A DNA stretch of 64,000 nt from the NCBI GenBank assembly GCA_038882975.1, contig JAVZNE010000002.1, positions 160,001 through 224,000 on the forward strand, in the 5' to 3' direction. A program made the translations under genes and the position numbers. The DNA is from Candidatus Bathyarchaeia archaeon (GTDB taxonomy: Archaea > Thermoproteota > Bathyarchaeia > Bathyarchaeales > Bathycorpusculaceae). Below are positions 1 through 10,010 of the stretch, piece after piece; positions within the stretch are counted from its first letter, which is position 1; every line of letters begins with the position of its first letter. A model generated the notes under the pieces. The model was not told the origin of the DNA and searched no databases. It saw only the letters and a list, made by a program, of their open reading frames with translations.

Positions 1-1
1 A

Positions 2-94
2 CAGTATGTTCTCATGCGGAAAATGTTGAAAACATTAAGAAGAAAGAAGAGGCTTCCCTTCTTTGGAAAGGGACTGCCCATTGACGTAGGCTAA
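2..94 (+). CDS. srp54: 3' end of signal recognition particle protein SRP54 (partial)
   Basis: Frame 2 reads QYVLMRKMLKTLRRKKRLPFFGKGLPIDVG*, resembling the SRP54 M-domain tail. srp54-pus10-rpl21e order is common in TACK archaea. Confidence 0.6.
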   Translation, partial: QYVLMRKMLKTLRRKKRLPFFGKGLPIDVG

Positions 95-130
95 GGCTTT
101 ATCGCAAAAACGTGCCAAAAGGAGTCTTTT

Positions 131-1468
131 ATGGGCATATTGGAAAAAGTCCTCCAAATGCTGGAAAAACACCCCCTATGCGACCACTGTTTAGGTAGGC
201 AATTCGCCTTTCTAGGGCATGGAATGGAAAACGACGAAAGGGGAAAAGCCATAAAAAACGTCTTATTAATGGAGGCCCAAGCCCTCGCTCGCACAAAAGA
301 GGATGAAGGGGTAAAAATCCTTAAAGTTCTTGCAACAAACGGTTTCTGCAAAAAGGCGCTGGAAACTCTCAGTAAAATGGGAAGGCGCATTTCCGAGAAA
401 AAAGTGGCGGAGACTTGTTTTCTATGTGAAAACCGCTTCGAAATTGTTGATGATTTGGCAAAAAAGGCTGTTGAGAAGTTGAGGGAATACGAGTATAGCA
501 ACTTTTTGGTCGGCATAGAACTCCCTGTTGAAGTTGAGGAACGCGAGGACGAGTTTAAGGCTCGATTTGATGTAGAGTATGGTGAAAATATTAGGCTGGA
601 ATTTGGTAGAACCTTAGGCAAAAAGATCGCTTCATACAGTCAAAAACCTGTAGAACACCGAAAACCAGACATTGTTGTCCTCATAAACCCCATGACCAGC
701 AAAATAAAGGTTCAAGTTAACCCCCTCTACATTGCCGGGCGTTACAAGAAACTTGTTAGGGGTATACCCCAGTCCAAATGGTTCTGCACCAACTGCCGCG
801 GGAAAGGGTGCGAAAAATGCAACTGGACTGGGAAAAGGTATCCAGAATCCGTTGAGGAGCTGATAAGCGAGCCCATTTTGAAGGCTACGGGCGGCACTAA
901 CACGTCATTTCATGCTTCTGGGCGGGAGGATGTGGACGCCCGCATGCTTGGAAAGGGCAGACCCTTCGTCATAGAAATAGCACAGCCTAAAAGGCGTTTC
1001 CTAGACCTTAAACAGATCGAAGACGCCGTGAACACTCACGCAAAAGGTAAGGTTGAAGTTTCAGAACTCCGACTTGTTGACAAAGACTTTGTGCGAAAGC
1101 TGAAAAAGGCGGAGTCAGCGCAAAAAGAGTACCGCGTCATCGTGGAATTTGAAAGAGAAGTTACAGACGTGGATTTAAGACTGTTGGAGGAAAAGCTTAG
1201 CGGCACGATTGTTAGGCAGAGGACGCCACTACGTGTTTTGCATAGGAGGGCGGATTTAACGCGGGAAAAGTACATATATGAGGTTAAGGCTAAGAAATTG
1301 TCATCGAATAGGGCTGAACTGAAGGTTAGATGTCAAGGAGGATTATATGTAAAAGAGCTGGTGACGGGCGATGAGGGAAGAACAACCCCGAGCGTTTCAG
1401 AGATTCTCGGATGCAAAGCGAAGCCTATAAAACTTGATGTTTTAAAGGTAATTGTGAGGGAAGGTTGA
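131..1468 (+). CDS. pus10: tRNA pseudouridine(54/55) synthase Pus10
   Basis: N-terminal LCDHCLGRQF Zn site, GRYKKLVRGIPQ, catalytic GREDVDARMLG, RCQGGLYVKELV. Confidence 0.95.
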   Translation: MGILEKVLQMLEKHPLCDHCLGRQFAFLGHGMENDERGKAIKNVLLMEAQALARTKEDEGVKILKVLATNGFCKKALETLSKMGRRISEKKVAETCFLCENRFEIVDDLAKKAVEKLREYEYSNFLVGIELPVEVEEREDEFKARFDVEYGENIRLEFGRTLGKKIASYSQKPVEHRKPDIVVLINPMTSKIKVQVNPLYIAGRYKKLVRGIPQSKWFCTNCRGKGCEKCNWTGKRYPESVEELISEPILKATGGTNTSFHASGREDVDARMLGKGRPFVIEIAQPKRRFLDLKQIEDAVNTHAKGKVEVSELRLVDKDFVRKLKKAESAQKEYRVIVEFEREVTDVDLRLLEEKLSGTIVRQRTPLRVLHRRADLTREKYIYEVKAKKLSSNRAELKVRCQGGLYVKELVTGDEGRTTPSVSEILGCKAKPIKLDVLKVIVREG

Positions 1469-1471
1469 AAA

Positions 1472-1768
1472 TTGAGGAAGTCAAAGGGGTACAGGTCAAA
1501 AACACGGCGGCTCCTTAGGAAAAACCCTAGGGAAAGAGGCAAACTGCGGCTAAGCAAACTGCTCCATGAATACCAGCCTGGAAACAGCGTAGTCATAAAA
1601 ATTGATCCCAGTTTCCAGAAGGGTATGCCTCATAGGCGGTATCATGGAAAGGTGGGCAAGGTTGTTGGTGTTCGTGGGAAAAGCTACATTGTGAGCGTTA
1701 CACAAGGCGACGCTGTTAAGGAAATCATTGTTAGACCAGAGCATTTGGAGCCCTATAAGGGTGGTTGA
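1472..1768 (+). CDS. rpl21e: 50S ribosomal protein L21e
   Basis: SKGYRSKTR, KGMPHRRYHGKVG, RPEHL; TTG start. Confidence 0.96.
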   Translation: MRKSKGYRSKTRRLLRKNPRERGKLRLSKLLHEYQPGNSVVIKIDPSFQKGMPHRRYHGKVGKVVGVRGKSYIVSVTQGDAVKEIIVRPEHLEPYKGG

Positions 1769-1769
1769 A

Positions 1770-2117
1770 ATGCTGGAAAAGGCTGAGACTGAAAAAGTTA
1801 AGGAGAAAAGCCTCACAATCCCGCAGGTCAAAAAGCTACTGGACGAGCTTGGCGAGGAAAAATTGGACCAGTTCCAAAGACGTGTGCTTGACTATGCCTC
1901 AAAGTTTTCGAAGGTTGACGCCGAAACCGCTGAAAAGCTTGTGGAAAAACTTGTCAAAGAATTCGGTTTAGAAGAAACTGAAGCTGTCCAAATAGTTAAT
2001 TGTATGCCAGGCACCGTGGAAGAGCTTAGGGTTTTTCTTGGAGGCGGTCGCAAGATTATCGAAGCCTCTAAATTGGAAGCTATGGTTAAACTTTTAAATG
2101 AACATAGATTGAAATAG
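1770..2117 (+). CDS. rpo4: RNA polymerase subunit F (Rpo4)
   Basis: YASKFSKV, AVQIVNCMP-TVEELR; conserved position after rpl21e; ATG at 1770. Confidence 0.9.
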   Translation: MLEKAETEKVKEKSLTIPQVKKLLDELGEEKLDQFQRRVLDYASKFSKVDAETAEKLVEKLVKEFGLEETEAVQIVNCMPGTVEELRVFLGGGRKIIEASKLEAMVKLLNEHRLK

Positions 2118-2164
2118 CTCTTCACACCGTATTTTAAAATGTGAGGAGTTTAAAAGGGGATATA

Positions 2165-2737
2165 ATGGAGAAGGAGAAACGCTACGAAGAGTATGCCTAC
2201 GTCCTAGACTTTCTTCCCCACGGGCGCCCCGGAGTTCGGATAACTGGGAGAGCTGGTTACAGAGCTGGCGCCCTAGTTCAGCTTGTGGGCGAGGAGTTTT
2301 TCACGCTTTTAGAGGCACTCGTTAAGGAAGGCGTGACTTTAAAGCCTCATGACCGTGTTTATGTTGGCAAGGAGGCCCGTGAGGAGATAACCTACATCAT
2401 TGGGCGGATAGGCTATGACGAATTGACTTCTGCCGCAAAGATGGAGCTCCCAGCAGTTGTTAGCCGCATAGTCCTCAACCGAGAAAAATGGTTTGTCAAT
2501 TTCTTTAATACAGCTCAAGCCATAACCCCTCGAATGCACGCATTAGAGCTTATCCCCGGTATAGGCAAGAAATACATGTGGCAAGTTATAAACGAACGGG
2601 AAAAGAAGCCCTTTGAAAGTTTTGAGGATTTGCAGAAGCGAACAGAAATCCCCAACCCCGTTAAGCTCCTCACAAAGAGGATTTTAGAGGAGTTGGCTGG
2701 CGAAAGCAAGTATAGGCTTTTCACGAGAGCCCGTTGA
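2165..2737 (+). CDS. DUF655 putative RNA-binding protein (HhH)
   Basis: YEEYAYVLDFLP, FFTLLE, RMHALELIPGIGKK, FESFED; conserved rpo4-DUF655-ksgA order. Confidence 0.9.
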   Translation: MEKEKRYEEYAYVLDFLPHGRPGVRITGRAGYRAGALVQLVGEEFFTLLEALVKEGVTLKPHDRVYVGKEAREEITYIIGRIGYDELTSAAKMELPAVVSRIVLNREKWFVNFFNTAQAITPRMHALELIPGIGKKYMWQVINEREKKPFESFEDLQKRTEIPNPVKLLTKRILEELAGESKYRLFTRAR

Positions 2738-2758
2738 ACGTGGCTGGTAAACGCTCTT

Positions 2759-3577
2759 ATGAGCCTAATTGAAGAAGCGAAGTTCCTCCTTCGAAGGTAT
2801 CGAATTTTTCCGAAAAGGCGCCTAGGGCAACACTTTATGGTTGAGCCGTTAATTTTTCAACTTCTAGCCAACTATGCCTCACTCTGCAAAAACGACATCG
2901 TTTTGGATGTTGGCGCTGGTCTGGGTTTTCTAACACGCTTTTTAGCCGAAAGGTGTGGAAGGGTTTTGGCTGTTGAGCTGGATAATAGGCTTGTTAAGGT
3001 TTTGTATGAACAACTTAAAGGCTTGCCAAACATTGTGGTTATCGAAGGCGACGTGCTTAAGATACCTCTCCCTACATTTAACAAGGTTGTTTCCATACCG
3101 CCCTACGGCATCTCTTCGACTCTAGTCCAATGGCTTTTCAGCAAGAAGCTCGACTGTGCAGTGATGGTTTTTCAAAAAGATTTTGCCAAACGCCTCATGG
3201 CGCCTATTGGAAGCGATGACTATGGCTGGCTAACGGTTCTGGCATATTACCATTTTGACGTTGAGCTTTTAGACGATGTGCCGAAGAGCTTTTTCTATCC
3301 ACAACCCGAAATAGACTCCATAATTGTCCGCCTAAAGCCGAAGCCGCAACCGCCTTTTAGGCTGAGGGATGAAGCCTTTTTCACAAGGCTTGTGCAAGCC
3401 CTTTTCACACAGCGTAACAGAAAAGTTAGAAACGCCATCAAACCCTTCATAAGGAAAGAGTGCAAGGTTTCCGAAGCTGCCGCCAGAGTGGCTGACTCTC
3501 TCCCCTTTCATGATAGGCGTGTGCGGGAATTGGCGCCAGAAGACTTTGGTGAACTTGCAAATGTCCTCGCCAACTAA
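2759..3577 (+). CDS. rsmA: 16S rRNA adenine dimethyltransferase RsmA/KsgA/Dim1
   Basis: LGQHFM, LDVGAGLG, VELD, SIPPYGIS, FFYPQPEIDS. Confidence 0.93.
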   Translation: MSLIEEAKFLLRRYRIFPKRRLGQHFMVEPLIFQLLANYASLCKNDIVLDVGAGLGFLTRFLAERCGRVLAVELDNRLVKVLYEQLKGLPNIVVIEGDVLKIPLPTFNKVVSIPPYGISSTLVQWLFSKKLDCAVMVFQKDFAKRLMAPIGSDDYGWLTVLAYYHFDVELLDDVPKSFFYPQPEIDSIIVRLKPKPQPPFRLRDEAFFTRLVQALFTQRNRKVRNAIKPFIRKECKVSEAAARVADSLPFHDRRVRELAPEDFGELANVLAN

Positions 3578-4184
3578 GCGAGTGTTTTTCGGAGGCTACG
3601 TTTTCGATGTTTGGCAAGACGTTTACGAACCAGCAGAAGACTCCTTTCTATTCGCGGAAAACCTAACAGTGTGGAAAGGTGAAAAAGTCCTTGACATGGG
3701 GACAGGATGCGGTATCCTTGGCATAATCGCCGCAGACAAAGCCTCGCAAGTGGTTGCCGTAGACATAAACCCGATAGCTGTGCGGTGTGCAAAAGAAAAC
3801 GCCAAACTAAATGGAGTCGCTGACAAAATGTTTTTTATTCAAGGCGACTTGTTCACGCCACTGAAAGTAGAGGAAAAATTCGACTTAATCCTTTTTAACG
3901 CGCCCTATTTGCCAACCGAACCTTTTGAGGGCGAAACCTTAATTGAACGTGCATGGGCTGGTGGAACAGATGGCAGAGCTGTCCTAGACCGCTTCTTAGA
4001 AGGAATATCTGGACATGTTAAGGTTGGCGGTCGTGTTTTGTTGATGCAGTCAACCCTTGCAAATGTGGACAGAACCGTGAAAATTTTGGAAGATGAAGGT
4101 TTCAAGGCAAGAATTGTTGCGAGTTTAGACTTTCCCTTCTTCGAAACAATAGTGCTCATCGAGGCAAAGGCTACCTCTTCATAA
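3561..4184 (+). CDS. HemK2/PrmC-type N5-glutamine methyltransferase
   Basis: VYEPAEDSFL, LDMGTGCG, FNAPYLP, GG-DGR; follows rsmA. Confidence 0.88.
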   Translation: MSSPTKRVFFGGYVFDVWQDVYEPAEDSFLFAENLTVWKGEKVLDMGTGCGILGIIAADKASQVVAVDINPIAVRCAKENAKLNGVADKMFFIQGDLFTPLKVEEKFDLILFNAPYLPTEPFEGETLIERAWAGGTDGRAVLDRFLEGISGHVKVGGRVLLMQSTLANVDRTVKILEDEGFKARIVASLDFPFFETIVLIEAKATSS

Positions 4185-5202
4185 CTCTAAATTTTTCCAG
4201 TCTTGTGAGCATTTCCCGCTTTTCATGCTCGCTTAGGAAGGATGCTTGGAAAGAGTTTCTGGCAAGCTCGTATATCTGCTGGGCATTTAAGCCCAACGCC
4301 TTCTGCACTGCAATGTAATTTTCATTAATGTAGCCTCCAAAATACGCTGGGTCATCAGAATTCACTGTTACAAGGAGTCCTTTGTCAGGCATCTTTTTCA
4401 GCGGATGCTCCTCCATTCCTTTTATGACGCCTAACTTTAGGTTTGAAAGCGGGCAAAGTGTCAATGGGATTTTCCGCCTTGCCAGCTCTCTAACGAGATT
4501 TTCATCGTCGAGGGCGTGGTTTCCATGGTCAATGCGGGAAACTTTCAGAAGGCTTATTGCTTCCCAAACATAATCTGCTGGTCCCTCTTCGCCAGCGTGG
4601 GCAACCGTTAAAAAGCCTTCATCCACGGCTTTTTCAAAGACTTTTTGGAACTTTGATGGTGGATTGCCAATTTCGGCTGAATCAAGCCCGACAGCCACAA
4701 TCCAGTCCTTGTAGGACAAAGCCTCTTCTAAAGTTTCGAAGGCTGAATCCACACTTAAATCCCTTAAAAAACACATTATCAGCTTTGTTGAAACTCCAAG
4801 CCTTTTCTCCCCATCCCTAAGAGCCTTATAAATGCCCGTTATTACCGTGTCAAATTTTACGCCTCCTCTCGTGTGGGCTTGAGGGTCAAAGAATATTTCA
4901 GTGTGTAAAACGTTTTGGGAGCGCGCCTTTTCCAGATATGCCCATGTTAAATCGTAAAAATCCTGCTCTTTTTGCAGAACTTTAACTCCTTCATAGTAGA
5001 CATCTAAAAAATCTTGAAGGTTTCTAAAATTATAGGCTGCCCTGGCTTCTTCAACGCTCCCGTATTTTGGTTTAATTTTATTCCTTTTTGCAATTTCCAT
5101 CATCATTTTAGGTTCAAGGGTTCCTTCAATGTGTAGGTGGAGCTCTGCCTTCGGGATTTTCCTAATAAGCATCTCCAAGGAATTTCTGCCTCTCATTTTC
5201 AT
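4171..5202 (-). CDS. add: Adenosine/adenine deaminase
   Basis: PKAELHLHIEGTLEP, AHAGEEG, RIDHG, CPLSN, NSDDPAYFGG; start likely 5202 or 5172. Confidence 0.92.
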   Translation of the reverse strand: MKMRGRNSLEMLIRKIPKAELHLHIEGTLEPKMMMEIAKRNKIKPKYGSVEEARAAYNFRNLQDFLDVYYEGVKVLQKEQDFYDLTWAYLEKARSQNVLHTEIFFDPQAHTRGGVKFDTVITGIYKALRDGEKRLGVSTKLIMCFLRDLSVDSAFETLEEALSYKDWIVAVGLDSAEIGNPPSKFQKVFEKAVDEGFLTVAHAGEEGPADYVWEAISLLKVSRIDHGNHALDDENLVRELARRKIPLTLCPLSNLKLGVIKGMEEHPLKKMPDKGLLVTVNSDDPAYFGGYINENYIAVQKALGLNAQQIYELARNSFQASFLSEHEKREMLTRLEKFRVMKR

Positions 5203-5304
5203 GTGATATGCCTTTTCAACTGCTTTATAGGATTTTGTTGAAAAACTATATAACGTGAAGGCTTTACTATTGCTAGAAAACATCTCTCTGGGAGTGATCA
5301 TTCC

Positions 5305-5826
5305 ATGTGCATAATTGGAAAGGACAAGTTGAAGGAGCTTATTGAAAATTATAAGTGCATATACCCCTACGACTACAACCTCCTCGACGGAGACAGCTAC
5401 GTGCTAACGGTTAAGGATGAGACAACATTGAATTATCTGGAGCACAAAAACCTGATATCCTACGAGATAGTTTTCACGCCACCAAATTATGTGGCTCATC
5501 TAACAGCTAAAAGCAAGTACGGGCGAATGGGGTTATCCTTCCTCAACGCGGCGAAGGTCCACAGCGGTTTTGTGGGTAGGCTTGCGCTTGAGATTGTGAA
5601 TTTGAGTAATGACCGTTGTCCCATAACAATTAAGCGGGGAGACCCCTTCATGCACATAGAGTTCATAACAAGGGAAGGTGAACCATCGCCATACATTGGT
5701 GAATACCAGTTTCAATACTTAACAGACGAGGAAGTAAAGATGTATGTTCCAATTTTGAAGCGAGTTTTTCCAAACTATGATGAGCTGGCAAAAATATGGT
5801 TCAAAAATAGGCCGCTGCTCCCATAA
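5305..5826 (+). CDS. dCTP deaminase/dUTPase-superfamily protein (divergent)
   Basis: AKSKYGRMGL, VHSGFVGRLALEIVN, PYIGEYQFQ resemble Dcd motifs. Confidence 0.75.
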   Translation: MCIIGKDKLKELIENYKCIYPYDYNLLDGDSYVLTVKDETTLNYLEHKNLISYEIVFTPPNYVAHLTAKSKYGRMGLSFLNAAKVHSGFVGRLALEIVNLSNDRCPITIKRGDPFMHIEFITREGEPSPYIGEYQFQYLTDEEVKMYVPILKRVFPNYDELAKIWFKNRPLLP

Positions 5827-5948
5827 TTTGCGTTTTATAGCCCTAAACTGAATTTGAAATTCATAATCTTAATCAAATATTGTGGCGTTTATGTGTGTTT
5901 GGCAAATTGCTTAAATACCGCCCTACCATATGCTGAAAGGGATGCATT

Positions 5949-6461
5949 ATGCGCGCACGCAACTACAGAGAGGTTAAGGGGCAGCCTTACACTAGAAGAG
6001 AGTTTGTTAAGGGTTTCCCCCAGCCGAAAATAACAAAGTTTACTATGGGGGACCCCAACGCCAAGTTCGAGTATGAAGCTAGGCTTATAGCCCTAGAAAG
6101 AGCCCAGATTAGGCACAACGCCTTGGAAGCTGCCCGTGTGGCGACAAACCGCCTCTTAATGGATAAGCTTTCAAACAATTACTTTCTGCAAGTTCATCCA
6201 TACCCTCATGTTATTCTTCGGGAAAACAAAATGATTTTTGGGGCTCATGCAGACCGCCTTCAAGACGGCATGAGGCGGGCTTTTGGAAAGCCAATTGGCA
6301 CTGCGGCGCGTGTGGAGCCAGACCAGACGATTATGACGGTTAGGGTGAACAACAACGGTGTTGAGGTTGCAAAAGAAGCCCTAAGACGGGGAGCCGCAAA
6401 GCTTCCAACACCATGCAGAATTGTTGTTGAGAAATTACAGGTTGAGGAGGCGAAGGCGTAA
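5949..6461 (+). CDS. rpl10e: 50S ribosomal protein L10e/uL16
   Basis: QIRHNALEAARV, HVILRENKM, ADRLQDGMRRAFGKP. Confidence 0.96.
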   Translation: MRARNYREVKGQPYTRREFVKGFPQPKITKFTMGDPNAKFEYEARLIALERAQIRHNALEAARVATNRLLMDKLSNNYFLQVHPYPHVILRENKMIFGAHADRLQDGMRRAFGKPIGTAARVEPDQTIMTVRVNNNGVEVAKEALRRGAAKLPTPCRIVVEKLQVEEAKA

Positions 6462-8935
6462 TGGCAGGGATGAAAACAGACCTCGTGATATGGTTTGAAA
6501 ACCTTAGGAGAGCGGACATACCACTTGTTGGAGGGAAAAATGCGAACCTAGGCGAGATGCTGAGTGCCGGCATTCCAGTCCCTCATGGGTTTGCGATAAC
6601 AGCTTACGCCTACAAACGTTTCATTGAGGAAACCGGCATAGCCAGCGAAATCTACAAAATCATAAAGGAGACCGTTAAAGACCCAAACGACCCTAAGCAG
6701 TATGAGGAAGCCTCAAAGAAGATTCGTGCTCTAATTGAGTCTACGCCCATGCCTAAGGATATTGAAGAGGCTGTAAGAGCCGCCTACCGAGAGTTGTGCA
6801 GAAGATTAAATCTTAGTGATGTTTTCGTGGCGGTGCGGTCCAGTGCCACAGCTGAAGACTTGCCAGACGCGTCCTTTGCTGGGCAGCAGGAAACATACTT
6901 GAACGTTAGGGGCGAGGACGAGGTTATCGAAAAAACCGTTAAATGTTGGTCTAGTCTTTTCACGCCCCGTGCCATATTCTATCGCACCCAGAAAGGCTTC
7001 GCCCATGAAAGGGTTCTCATAAGCGTTGGCGTTCAAAAAATGGTTCACGCCAAAGCTGCCGGCGTAATGTTCACAATAAACCCTGTAACTGGAGACCCAA
7101 ACCAAATTGTTATTGAGGGCAATTATGGCTTAGGTGAGGCTGTTGTTTCTGGAGCTGTCACCCCAGACGAGTTCATTGTTGACAAGCAAACCATGAAAAT
7201 TGCTGAGAAACGAATTGCCACCAAGAAGGTGATGTATGCCCGCGATCCTAATACCGGCAAGACCGTGCACTTGGATGTGCCCGCTGAAAAGCAGAACCAG
7301 CCATGCTTAACAGACGAGGAGGTTCTAAAACTCGCAGAGCTAGCTAAAAACATTGAGCAGCACTATGGCAAGCCCCAAGACATTGAATGGGCTATTGACA
7401 GCGAGCTCGGCTTTCCAGAAAATGTTTTCATTGTGCAATCCAGACCAGAAACCGTTTGGAGCCTGAAAGCCGCCGAAGTGCCTGAAAAAAAGGTTGAGGC
7501 TGGATTAGCTAAACCAGAAGAGGCGTTAAAAGTTGTTGTTAAGGGCATACCAGCGGGCAAAAGGGGAATAGGCTTTGGCGTGGCAAAGGTTGTCCTAAAC
7601 CCTGAAGAGGCTGCAAAGGTTATGCGGAAGGGCGACATCCTCGTCACAGACATGACCAACCCGGACTATGTGCCATTTATGAGGCTTGCAGGCGCCATAG
7701 TAACGGACAAAGGTGGCATAACATGCCATGCAGCTATTGTAAGCCGTGAGCTTGGCATACCGTGTGTTGTTGGCACTGAAAATGCCACGAAGCTTATGGT
7801 TAGTGGTGAAGAGTATACTGTGGATGCGAGAAGCGGAGTTGTCTATGAAGGCATAGTTTCAGCCATGACTGAACATCCAGCGCCTACACTAGCCGGAGCG
7901 TCTTCTCAAGCGACTTTCGCTGGCGGCTTCTTCCAGTCTGTTCCAGTGACGGCGACAAAAATCTACATGAACCTCGGTGTTCCGGAGAAAATTGAGGATT
8001 ACAAGGACTTGCCTTTTGAAGGAATTGGGCTTATGCGAATTGAATTCATCCTAGCCAGCTACATCGGAGAGCATCCGCTTTACTTAATTGAGATTGGGCA
8101 AAGCCAGAAATTTGTTGATAAACTCGCAGAGGGCATAGCCACAGTTGCAAGGGCTATACAGCCCCGCCCAGTGGTGGTGCGCTTCAGCGACTTCAAAACA
8201 AATGAGTACCGAGAACTGAAAGGCGGAGAAAAATACGAAATTGTTGAGAACAACCCCATGCTGGGCTGGCGGGGGTGCAGCCGCTACATAAGCCCATGGT
8301 ATGAGAAGGCTTTCCGCCTTGAATGCCAAGCCGTAAGAAAGTGCCGTGAAGAGTGGGGACTGAAAAATGTTTGGGTTATGCTTCCAGTGGTGCGCACTGT
8401 CTGGGAAGCTAAAAAATGCTTGGAAATAATGCGGGAAGAAGGCTTGGAAAGGTCAAAGGACTTTAAGGTTTGGTTTATGGCTGAAACCCCTTCAATAGCC
8501 ATACTAGCCGACGAGTTTTCAAAACTTTGTGATGGCTTTTCCATAGGCTCAAACGACATGACACAAGGCATACTGATGATTGACAGAGACTCCGAACGCC
8601 TTGGGCAGATGGGCTACTTCGACGAGAGAGACCCCGCCGTAAAAAGGATAATAGCCCACCTAATCAGGGTGGCACATGAAAACGGCTGCACAGTCTCCAT
8701 ATGCGGTGAAGCCCCATCAAACCTTCCAGACTTCACTGAATTCTTGGTGCGAGCCGGAATAGATAGCATATCCGTAAACCCAGATGCCGTAATAGCCACA
8801 AAGAAGCTTGTGGCAAGCATAGAGCAGAAAATAATATTGGAAAAGCTTGCCGAACAACACGAGAGAGCCCTAGGGCGTCCAGTTAAAAGGCCGAAAGAAG
8901 ACTGGGAATGGACGCCTCAATGGGATGAAAAATAA
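6461..8935 (+). CDS. ppsA: Phosphoenolpyruvate synthase
   Basis: VGGKNANLGEM, VRSSATAEDL-ASFAGQQ, GGITCHAAIVSRE (phospho-His), NPMLGWRG, FSIGSNDM. Confidence 0.96.
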   Translation: MAGMKTDLVIWFENLRRADIPLVGGKNANLGEMLSAGIPVPHGFAITAYAYKRFIEETGIASEIYKIIKETVKDPNDPKQYEEASKKIRALIESTPMPKDIEEAVRAAYRELCRRLNLSDVFVAVRSSATAEDLPDASFAGQQETYLNVRGEDEVIEKTVKCWSSLFTPRAIFYRTQKGFAHERVLISVGVQKMVHAKAAGVMFTINPVTGDPNQIVIEGNYGLGEAVVSGAVTPDEFIVDKQTMKIAEKRIATKKVMYARDPNTGKTVHLDVPAEKQNQPCLTDEEVLKLAELAKNIEQHYGKPQDIEWAIDSELGFPENVFIVQSRPETVWSLKAAEVPEKKVEAGLAKPEEALKVVVKGIPAGKRGIGFGVAKVVLNPEEAAKVMRKGDILVTDMTNPDYVPFMRLAGAIVTDKGGITCHAAIVSRELGIPCVVGTENATKLMVSGEEYTVDARSGVVYEGIVSAMTEHPAPTLAGASSQATFAGGFFQSVPVTATKIYMNLGVPEKIEDYKDLPFEGIGLMRIEFILASYIGEHPLYLIEIGQSQKFVDKLAEGIATVARAIQPRPVVVRFSDFKTNEYRELKGGEKYEIVENNPMLGWRGCSRYISPWYEKAFRLECQAVRKCREEWGLKNVWVMLPVVRTVWEAKKCLEIMREEGLERSKDFKVWFMAETPSIAILADEFSKLCDGFSIGSNDMTQGILMIDRDSERLGQMGYFDERDPAVKRIIAHLIRVAHENGCTVSICGEAPSNLPDFTEFLVRAGIDSISVNPDAVIATKKLVASIEQKIILEKLAEQHERALGRPVKRPKEDWEWTPQWDEK

Positions 8936-8987
8936 AGTAACCCTTCGCTTAAGCTCTCAATTTTCCATTATCAATGTTTTATAAAAC

Positions 8988-9998
8988 ATGTTGGTGTCCA
9001 CCTTGAAGATGTTCGATTTTGAAGAGGAAAGGCTGAAGCAGGAAATTGCCAAACTCGGAGCCAAGCGCGTTCTAATACAATTGCCAGAAGGGCTGAAAGG
9101 TGAGGCTCCGCGCCTAGCAAAAGTTGTTGAAAGGGCTGGCGCATTGCCAATCGTTTCCGCCGACCCGTGCTACGGAGCTTGCGACTTGGCAACTTCTGAA
9201 GCTGAAAGCCTTGGCGCAGACCTTATAGTGCATTATGGACACGCGAAGCTCTTGAAGTATGAGAAGGTGCCAACAATCTATATTGAGGCACGAGCCACCA
9301 TAAGCATAACAGATGCTGTCGAAAAAGCGCTGTCTTTAATGGCAAATTGGCATAAAATAGGCTTAGCCACAACTGTTCAGCACGTGCAAACCATTGACGA
9401 AGCAAAGGAAATACTAATCCGCGCCGGAAAAACCGTCATGGTTGGCGATGCTGGACGCCTAAACTATCCCGGACAAATTGTTGGATGCGACTATAGCAAC
9501 GCCAAATCCATAGCCGAGGACGTTGAAGGCTTCCTTTTTATAGGCGGTGGGCGCTTCCATGCACTGGGCTTAGCTCTCACAACTTCAAAGCCAACAGTGG
9601 TTGCAGACCCCTACGAGAAGAGAGCCTACCCGTTAGACGAAGAAATCCAAAAGGTTCAGAAGCAAAGGTGGGCGTGCATCCAAGAAGCCCAAAAAGCAAA
9701 AACCTTCGCGGTTCTTGTGGGACTTAAGCCTGGACAGAAAAGGCTTGAGGAAGCCTTAACCATTAGAGAAAAACTGGAAAAAGCCGGCAAAGACGCCTAT
9801 ATATTCGCCATTAGAGAAATAACACCAGAAACAGTCATAAACTTTCCAACGGTTGATGCTTATGTTAACACGGCATGCCCACGAGTATCCATCGACGTCC
9901 CCTCCAAATTTTCAAAGCCCATGCTAACCATGAACGAGGCGCTCGTGGTTACCGGCGAAATCTCGTGGAAGGAACTTTGCAAGAGGGGATTTTTCTAG
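8988..9998 (+). CDS. dph2: Diphthamide biosynthesis enzyme Dph2
   Basis: QLPEGLK, PCYGACD, GQIVGC, GGGRFH, TACPR (three Cys ligands); real start probably 9003/9009. Confidence 0.93.
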   Translation: MLVSTLKMFDFEEERLKQEIAKLGAKRVLIQLPEGLKGEAPRLAKVVERAGALPIVSADPCYGACDLATSEAESLGADLIVHYGHAKLLKYEKVPTIYIEARATISITDAVEKALSLMANWHKIGLATTVQHVQTIDEAKEILIRAGKTVMVGDAGRLNYPGQIVGCDYSNAKSIAEDVEGFLFIGGGRFHALGLALTTSKPTVVADPYEKRAYPLDEEIQKVQKQRWACIQEAQKAKTFAVLVGLKPGQKRLEEALTIREKLEKAGKDAYIFAIREITPETVINFPTVDAYVNTACPRVSIDVPSKFSKPMLTMNEALVVTGEISWKELCKRGFF

Positions 9999-10010
9999 AG
10001 ACGAAGCCAC

